DNA of 61,998 nt, the filler included. It is 12 parts of 12 records of this genome, joined end to end, with 100 filler letters (N's around TTAATTAATTAA, not from the genome) between each part and the next. Parts side by side here need not be neighbours in the genome. Positions count along the whole stretch, not along the records: positions 56,686 to 61,998 come from SRR7504441_12414; 11 more parts are not named here. One strand, 5' to 3'. Below are positions 56,686 to 61,998 of the stretch, piece after piece. Under the pieces are notes generated by a model that saw only the letters and a program-made list of their open reading frames with translations, was not told where the DNA came from and made no database searches. Position numbers and translations under genes: made by a program. The stretch's first letter is position 1. Each line of letters starts with the position of its first letter.

Positions 56686-59600
56686 CGACACCTCCACATC
56701 TGGAGCCTTCACCTCGACATCCACCCCTGGTACTGATGCCTGACCCGAGAAAGTCACTGCAAATGTGTCTCCTGGGGACATCCCTTCTGGTATTGTCACT
56801 TTCTGAGATTGCCCTCCCTCTTCCACTGTCATGGTATCACCCGGACGACCTCCCTCTGGCACCCTGACTATAATCTCAACACCAACGGCAGGAACCTTCA
56901 CTTCGCAGTCAACAGATGGAGCTGCTATGTCTAAATCATCATCATTAGGAGCCTTAACCTCTACCTCCACATCTATTTCTGGGCCCAATCCAAGGTCAAC
57001 AAGGTCCAATTCAGGGCCTAGCATGTCTACGTCCACAGAAGCGCCTTGCACATCCACGTTGCCCCCTATAGATGGCGCTACTACTTCGATGTCAAGATTG
57101 TCTTCATCTGAGGTATCGTCCTCTGAACTGGAAAGGTAAGGGTCAAGCGCCACCTGGGCATGTGTTGATGCGTCTGCTAGGATGTCTTCGGCAGTCTGGC
57201 CATGAAAGTAGAGATGCTGAGGATCTACGCTGTGCGTCACTTGTCCCTCGTACAGTAGACTGGCCCGATCTCCGTGCTGGGCGCGCATCTTCTGCTCCAT
57301 ATCCTGGTTGTCATCACTGATCTTGAACTGCACAATCAGACTACCTTCGCGCACTTCGACGATATTGACGTCCTCGGCCTCGATCTCGCACGCAGTTGCG
57401 ATGTCCTCACGGAAGTTTTTGTCAATTTCTGCTTTGTTCTCTTCGTATTGGCTCAAACTCAGGTCCATCAAGCGCAACTCTACAATTAATGTGCTCTGAG
57501 ATAGCTCCTTTGCTAGCTGCTCGCACTCACGCTGAAGCTCTCCAATCATGCCATTCAGCACGGAGCATAGCTCATTCGCCTTGACTTTACCACCATCCAG
57601 CTGCGCCTGTGCCTCGATGGCGCTGGTCATCACATTCTGGGTCTCCTGCAGCTCCTCCTGCCACTTGGCTTGCAGCCTTTGCAAGTTCTTTTTGTTCTGC
57701 AGTTCCTCCTGGTTCACTGCATCCAGCTCTTTTCGTATCTCTTCGGTTTTCTTCTGTGTGGAAACCATTGTTTGATTCGAGTCCTTGAGCGCCGCTGCTG
57801 CTTCAATCTTTGCATCCTGGAGCTCTCTCAGCTGATGCACGTCTGCAGAAGTCTCCTTGATCTGCTGCAGTTCGAGCTCGGTCCGGCTCCGGAGCTTGGC
57901 CACCTCGTCGTCCAGCTGCACCTTGGTCTCCAGTTTTCGGAGCTCAAGCAACTCGTACATCCTCACCTGCTCATTCACCTGCCACTCGAGCTCGTGCTTC
58001 AGGCTCTGGATTTCTCTGTGCAGATCCTCGGTCGACTGGGCCTCCGGCTGGTGCTGGAGCTCGGATTGCTGCCGCCGGAGAGTCTGAAGCTGCTCCTTTT
58101 CCTTGAGGAACTTCTCCTCTTGACGGCCGAGCACCACTTTAAGCTCGCGCTCGTGGGATTCAAACGGGAACTTGCCTTCCTGTCGGCTCCACTTGAGCTC
58201 TTGCAGCTCGTCTCGCAGCTCGTCCACCTCGGCAGCCACCAGCCGCGTCTGCCCGGCGAGCTGAGCCATCTCGTCTTTGATTGCTTGGATCTCCTCCTGC
58301 CCCGCTACCTCAGCCGGCCGGTGCACGCCGCTTGCACCTCGGAATTGCAGCACAGCTCCTTACGCGTGGCCAGCTGCGATTTGAGGTTCTCCAGCCGCCG
58401 AATCAGCCCGATTTCGGAGCCTTCCAGGTCCATGTATGGCTCTTTATCTGGTGTGTGCTCCTCCTGCCCCCGAGAGCTCAGTCGCCGGCTCGCTGCACGG
58501 GCACCTTGAGCGTGGCCTTCATGAGCGCCACAGAGAACTCACGGCCACAGGCCACGTGAAGCACGTCAGACACACCTGTCGGCCGCTCGCTGTCTGGGCC
58601 AGCCTGCTGCACCTTCTATCTCTGGGATCAGTTTGGGTACACAATCGTTCACAGCCTCGCACCGGCCCAGCTGGCCGAATTTGCCCCAGCCCCAGCTCAG
58701 GATCCGCTGATTGGTGGTGACGGCCATAGAGTGAGCCCAGCCCGCGCTCACGGCGCTCACGAGTGTGTCGATGGCCAATCTCCTGGGGATCTTACGGTTG
58801 GCTGTGTTCTTGAGCCCGAGCTGGCCATACGCGTTCCAGCCCCAGCTGTACACCGCGCCCGCCTCGTCCAGCGCGACAGTGTGCGCCTCGCCGCAAGCCA
58901 CCTGCGTGCCATCAGTGCGAAGCCAGAGCCCAGCCACCTGGAGCATGTGTATCCCATCGAAATATTGCACCCTGGTGACTGGACAGCCCTGCCCCTGTCG
59001 CACCAGCTCCTCCAGGTCCGGCAGCGCCCCGTGCCCGAGCTGCCCGTAGCGGTCGTGTCCCCACGACAGCAGCACGCCCTCCTTTGTCACTGCGGCGCTG
59101 TGGGTGCCTCCGCACGACAGCTGCACTATCTGATGCTGTGAAAGCACGGCCTTGCTCAATCGGACCAGCTGCCCGGCTATCTCTCCGTGCCCCTCGTCCC
59201 TGCCGCCCCCGTGCTGCCGCTCGTCGGTCAACCGTAGCCCCCCGTCCCGGCCGTGCAGTAACAGCTCGCCGCTGCTGGTGAGCAGACCGGTAACGTGCCA
59301 GCCGGCGCACACGCCCGCGATCTGCTTGCCGTCGGTGTGCATCCTCACCGGCACCGCCGACTGGTTCTTGCTCGGCGAGCGCACCCCCAGTTCGCCGTGC
59401 AGGTTGTGGCCCCAGGAGTACACCGCCCCCGACTCAGCGACCGCCACGGTGTGCGTGTCGGAGCAGGCGGCCTCCAGCACCGCGTAGCCGTCGGGCAGCT
59501 GGGGCTCGCGCTGCCAACACCGGCTGGTCGATTTGCCGTCGGTCTGGTACCACGAGAAGGCGCTGCCGCTCTCGTCCCACACAAGGAGCCGATTCTCGGA

Positions 59601-59720
59601 GAGCGAGAGCCCCGCGACGTCCCCGTTGAACTCGGCGAGCGGCGAAGGCTCCCACAGGATGGCGTTGCGCCCATACGCGTCCTCCCTGAGCCCCTGCCCC
59701 CAGGCATAGAGCACGTTCAT
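56686..59720 (-). CDS. RCC1-repeat propeller + long coiled coil + acidic Val-rich tail, one multi-exon gene (3' truncated)
   Basis: RCC1 repeats (VYSWGHNLHGELG, SCGGTHS..SWGHDRYGQLG, VACGEAHT..YSWGWNAYGQLG). Short introns near 58576-58612, 58463-58503 and 58299-58339 join ORF 58566-59726, via VACGREFSVAL, to the coiled-coil ORF. Confidence 0.75.
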
Positions 59721-59911
59721 CAGCACCGGCTGGTAGCCCCAAAGCTCGTCACTACACCCAGCAGCTCAGCCATAACCGTTGGCCCATTCGTTGAACGCCG
59801 AGCGGGTCAGTCAGGGTCGGCAAGTCATCGAGAATATTTCAACCAACAATGGACACTCTAGACCCAAGATTTCAACCACATAGGACTTATACTTATCTAT
59901 TCCAGTTGAGA

Positions 59912-61998
59912 CTATCGTGTTAAGTTAATGAAGTCTTTGAACTTTGCCGACCGGAGTACGACCGGAGGCTCCTCTTCACAGAGTCAAAACAGCGGGCCTC
60001 CTATTGGGCAGGCAGTTGGGGCGTCGGCAGTCGGTTTCCTTCTCGCCGGCTTGGCCGGTCGGATCAGCGTCGAGCTCGGCGGGCTCATGCTTGGCGCAGG
60101 GTCGTACAAAGGCGGACTCCTCTCTCCAGACGCGCTCCGTGCAGGCACGCTCCCAGCCCGCTCAACTGGAGGGTGCACGCCCGCCCCAACTGACACGCTT
60201 GGCGACTCCCTCGGCCTCTGTCGGATAGGCGAGCGCCCCGTCGAGACCGACGCGCCTCGTGCCGAGACTGAAGCAACCGGGCTGGTGGACCGCTGATGCC
60301 TGGCGCTGCGCCAGCCACTGCCGAGCTCGGCATCCAGCGCCGCCTGGCCTCCAGTCAGATGCGGCCTGAATAAAGGCCACCTTGGTGCCAGGCGAGACCG
60401 AGGCGCCGGTGGTCCTGTAGATCATATCGGTCAGCCTGTCGTGGTCCTCCTTCCATGCCTTGAGCAAAGCCGCCTTCTCCTGCCCGGGCTCAGCCCGCCG
60501 GCGCAGGGGCACGCACGCTCTTCCAATCCGAGTCATACTGCTTGACCGCCACCCTCTGCTCCTGCAGCTGCCGCAGCCGCGCCTCGAGCCCCTGAGGCTC
60601 CTGCGGGCCCGGGACAGCAGGATCGAGCTCCATCTTCTTACGTGACTCGCCCTGCGCCCGGCTGGCCATCTCCTGCTGCAGCTCGATCAGCCGTTGCTCG
60701 GCCGCCAGCGCTTTCTTCTGCATGTCGCTCTCCGGCTCCGGCTGGTCACCAGGCGGGCTCTTGAGCTCGTGGGGCGAGCGGATGGCCGGGCCAGGCTGCA
60801 TCGGGAGCGGGACCCCCCCCGAGCCGGGGTGCAGCGGCAGACCCACCGACGGGTGCTGGGCCGGCGGGATGCCGGGTGCGAGTTGGGCAGGCTGGTGTTG
60901 CATCCAGGGCGGTGGCGGGGCTTGGATCGGGCCTGCTGGGTCGCCTGGAGGATTGCACCCGTACAGCCTCTCGTTCATCCCTACATTGAGCATCCGGAGC
61001 TGCTCCAGCTGCCGAGACCGCTCCTGCTGCCGCTCGATTGCCTGTGCCGGCGTCTCGTGGACAGGTGCATGGAACTCGGCGGGCGGTAGCAGCGGGACCG
61101 GCTGCCCCAGGTCTCTTAGCATGGCTTCGGCAGATTGGTGCACGCTGGCCATCCGCTCCCTCTCAGCCGCGGCCTCAAAGTGCACCACCCCTCGCCACTG
61201 GGCTTGGTGCTGTGCCGCCTCGTGGTAGGCTGCCTCGGCTGCGTGCTGGAACGCAGACTCGTTCTGCATTGGATGCGGCGGTCGGATCTCCGGCAGCCGG
61301 ACCTCGGGCGGCTTGGGCACCGGCTCCGGCTGCTGGTACTGGGGCGCCTGACCGGGTGAGAACCGCCTGAGTTGGGAGGCGATGTTCTTGGCTAAGCTCG
61401 ACGCCGGACTGTGAGAGCTCTGGCCTGCCGCGGCCGCCGGGGTGGCGGTGGTGCCGACGGCGGGGCCCGGCCGGTAAGGCGACCCGGGACTGGCGCCGGT
61501 CGGGCGGGGCAGGCCAGCCCGGAGCGGTTGGGGGCTGGGCGAGCGCGGGGGGTTGAGGTTGTCGAGCAGCTCGTAAACCCGGGCCACCGCCGGGCTGCCG
61601 CCGTCCATGGGGGCCACCCTTGTGGGCGAGGCCGAGCTCGAGGGACCGTCCTGGGTGACAAGCTCGTCGTACTCCTCGATGGCCTCGACCGCCTCCGAGG
61701 GCAAGATGCTCGGGGCCCGGTTGATGAACTGCCGCTGCAGCGACTGGGTCAGCGGATCCATCTGATCACGCGACGGGGTCGGGACTGGCCGGCTCACCGA
61801 GCCATGGCTAACGGTCGCACTGCGTTCAAAGGTGGGGACTGGTGCAGTGCGGCTGGCCGGGGCTGGGCTGGGGTGATTCGGCAAACGACTTGGAGAAGGA
61901 CTTGCTCTGGTCGGTCCTTCGCCAGGCAGCAAACACCGTGTTGCCTGCCGCCCGCTCAGCAAGCGGCCGGTGCTGATCGGACCGAATCTGTAGACGAC
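59912..61998 (-). CDS. Pro/Ser/Gln-rich low-complexity protein with coiled-coil segments (5' end outside window; 3' exons uncertain)
   Basis: Long ORF 60490-61962 continues after a short intron into EKAALLKAWKEDHDRL. Probable stop at 59912. Confidence 0.5.

Noticed and set aside
1-61998. CRISPR arrays, rRNA, tRNA, transposases or reverse transcriptases
   Set aside because: None recognised by eye. tRNAscan, Rfam and repeat searches were not run, so small elements could have been missed.

Overview
This window is not one locus. It holds 12 contigs (about 3-11 kb each) joined by 11 artificial 100-bp linkers (44 N + TTAATTAATTAA + 44 N), so no linkage can be inferred across linkers. The DNA is from a gene-dense unicellular eukaryote (taxon not assignable by eye). 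It has tiny spliceosomal introns (mostly 36-44 nt, including GC-AG introns) and very short intergenic spacers. Recognisable genes: USP40/47-like deubiquitinase, Mn-type CDF transporter, tandem-SET protein, TAM41, EF-hand/doublecortin protein, SRP40/Nopp140-like protein, eIF3c, cyclophilin-like protein, FAM172A/Arb2, pepsin-like protease, GH32, CMC1-like and CMC4-like CX9C proteins, VWA8, an MFS transporter and an RCC1 protein. Highlights: (1) a ~3,480-aa NRPS-PKS hybrid (degenerate TE-like/A/T/KS/inactive AT/KR/DH/ER/dead KR/ACP/FSH1 hydrolase). Its A domain lacks the amino-acid-binding Asp and carries an aromatic NLFFVWYW motif like glycine-betaine/DMSP-activating A domains, making it a candidate one-protein synthase for carnitine/butyrobetaine- or gonyol-like zwitterions. 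(2) A second PKS-like protein containing a PAI-type FAD fatty-acid isomerase domain, with a PDZ domain interrupting its KS. (3) An RNF213/mysterin-like giant protein with N-terminal NHL repeats. (4) An unusually long, structured eIF3c intron (candidate ncRNA). (5) A GH32 lacking its catalytic Glu and a carrier domain lacking its Ser. All family calls come from motif recognition by eye; no database searches were run.
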